Below, in pieces: positions 36,445-36,959 of a stretch of DNA of 36,959 nt (positions are counted from its first letter, which is position 1; the number at the start of each line of letters is the position of its first letter). Origin of the DNA: a virus (Duplodnaviria > Caudoviricetes); the IMG/VR virus record IMGVR_UViG_3300020045_006845, positions 1 through 36,959 of that record; one strand, 5' to 3'. The notes below the pieces were generated by a model, which was not told where the DNA came from, made no database searches, and saw nothing but the letters and a program-made list of their open reading frames with translations. A program made the position numbers and the translations under genes.

Positions 36445-36580
36445 TACTAACAGCCGTTTGCGAGTATGGCTGTCTTAGTTTTTCCTGCGGAAAAACATGA
36501 GGCATCGGTTATTGTTATTTTGTTTCTGTTTCGGTTAGTGCTTAACCACCGCCACACTCGCAAGCGGAATTAAGTTATAA
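36445..36580. repeat. attC-like site 2
   Basis: TACTAAC-AG-CCGTTTGCGAGTATGGC...GCCACACTCGCAAGCGG-AATTAA-GTTATAA. Confidence 0.75.
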
Positions 36581-36587
36581 GCAATGG

Positions 36588-36959
36588 TTATAAAGATTGC
36601 GATAAAACATAATCTTCATAAACTTTCTTTCCTTTATAGGTGCAATAATGTCCAGTATAAAAACAATAATTATCAATTCTTTCAAAACTACTTTGAATCA
36701 AATCTTTTTTACACATTTTTCCTAAATAAGAAAATGTCATTGTATCTATTACGGTTTTTGCAGAACGAGCAAAAGAATATTTTTCAATTGTTTCATTGTC
36801 AAAAATAATCTTAGTAAGCATTCTACCGTGAATAGGATTTTTCCAATTTATATCTTTATTTACAAGAAATTCTAAAACTTTAAACTCTTTTTCTGTCAAT
36901 TTACCACTGCTTATAACAGCGGTTTTGGTGTCAGCTTGTTCGGTAGTGATTTTAGTTTT
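36588..36959 (-). CDS. Cassette 3 gene, hypothetical (winged-helix-like); frame is open to the window end
   Basis: Between repeats 36574-36588 and 36903-36917; frame continues upstream as KTKITTEQADTKTAVISSGK. Confidence 0.7.
   Translation of the reverse strand, partial: KTKITTEQADTKTAVISSGKLTEKEFKVLEFLVNKDINWKNPIHGRMLTKIIFDNETIEKYSFARSAKTVIDTMTFSYLGKMCKKDLIQSSFERIDNYCFYTGHYCTYKGKKVYEDYVLSQSL

Larger units (their letters stand above)
1..36959 (-). mobile_element. Tailed phage or prophage of a Bacteroidota (likely Flavobacteriaceae) host, partial genome
   Basis: Contiguous TerS-TerL-portal-protease-capsid-neck-tail-tape measure module plus replication and recombination genes; Bacteroidota-type promoters. 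Confidence 0.95.
35494..36959. mobile_element. Integron-like gene cassette array (three cassettes, continues past the window end)
   Basis: Each gene is bounded by GTT..AAC 15-bp inverted repeats and separated by imperfect hairpins. Confidence 0.8.

Noticed and set aside
421-36808. Plus-strand ORFs in the track outside 17816-18606 (e.g. 4717, 10280, 28366, 35931, 36584)
   Set aside because: They are antisense shadows of well-supported minus-strand genes or span the hairpins, with no recognisable motifs
1-36959. Genome-wide TAG recoding
   Set aside because: Long genes contain no in-frame TAG and several genes end sensibly at TAG (25721, 34981, 36060); only two internal TAGs were seen
35494-36959. 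CRISPR array or IS/MITE interpretation of the repeats
   Set aside because: Repeats are gene-specific inverted pairs, not identical direct repeats; no transposase or target duplications

Overview
AT-rich, almost entirely minus-strand segment of a tailed (siphovirus-like) phage or prophage of a Bacteroidota host, probably Flavobacteriaceae. The host call rests on TAnnTTTG -7 promoters, A-rich Shine-Dalgarno-less starts and a DUF3127-type SSB. From 1 to about 17.6 kb is the virion module: tail proteins, tape measure, chaperones, major tail protein, neck, HK97-fold capsid, prohead protease, portal, TerL and TerS. From about 17.8 to 37 kb are accessory and early genes: NinG, primase-helicase, an initiator with iterons, SSB, a Sak/Rad52-like protein, an adenine MTase, a GHKL ATPase, a unimolecular-spanin-like lipoprotein and many small ORFs. 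No integrase, endolysin, tRNA or CRISPR array was recognised. Main findings: (1) an integron-like array of single-gene cassettes at 35.5-36.96 kb, each bounded by its own 15-bp inverted repeat with an identical position-11 mismatch and separated by attC-like hairpins; (2) a circularly permuted HK97-type prohead protease; (3) two promoter-proximal kissing-loop/terminator RNA leaders with the same architecture but different sequence; (4) six Fur-box-like palindromes beside promoters; (5) a GHKL ATPase with rearranged motif order. All family assignments come from motif recognition by eye, not database searches.
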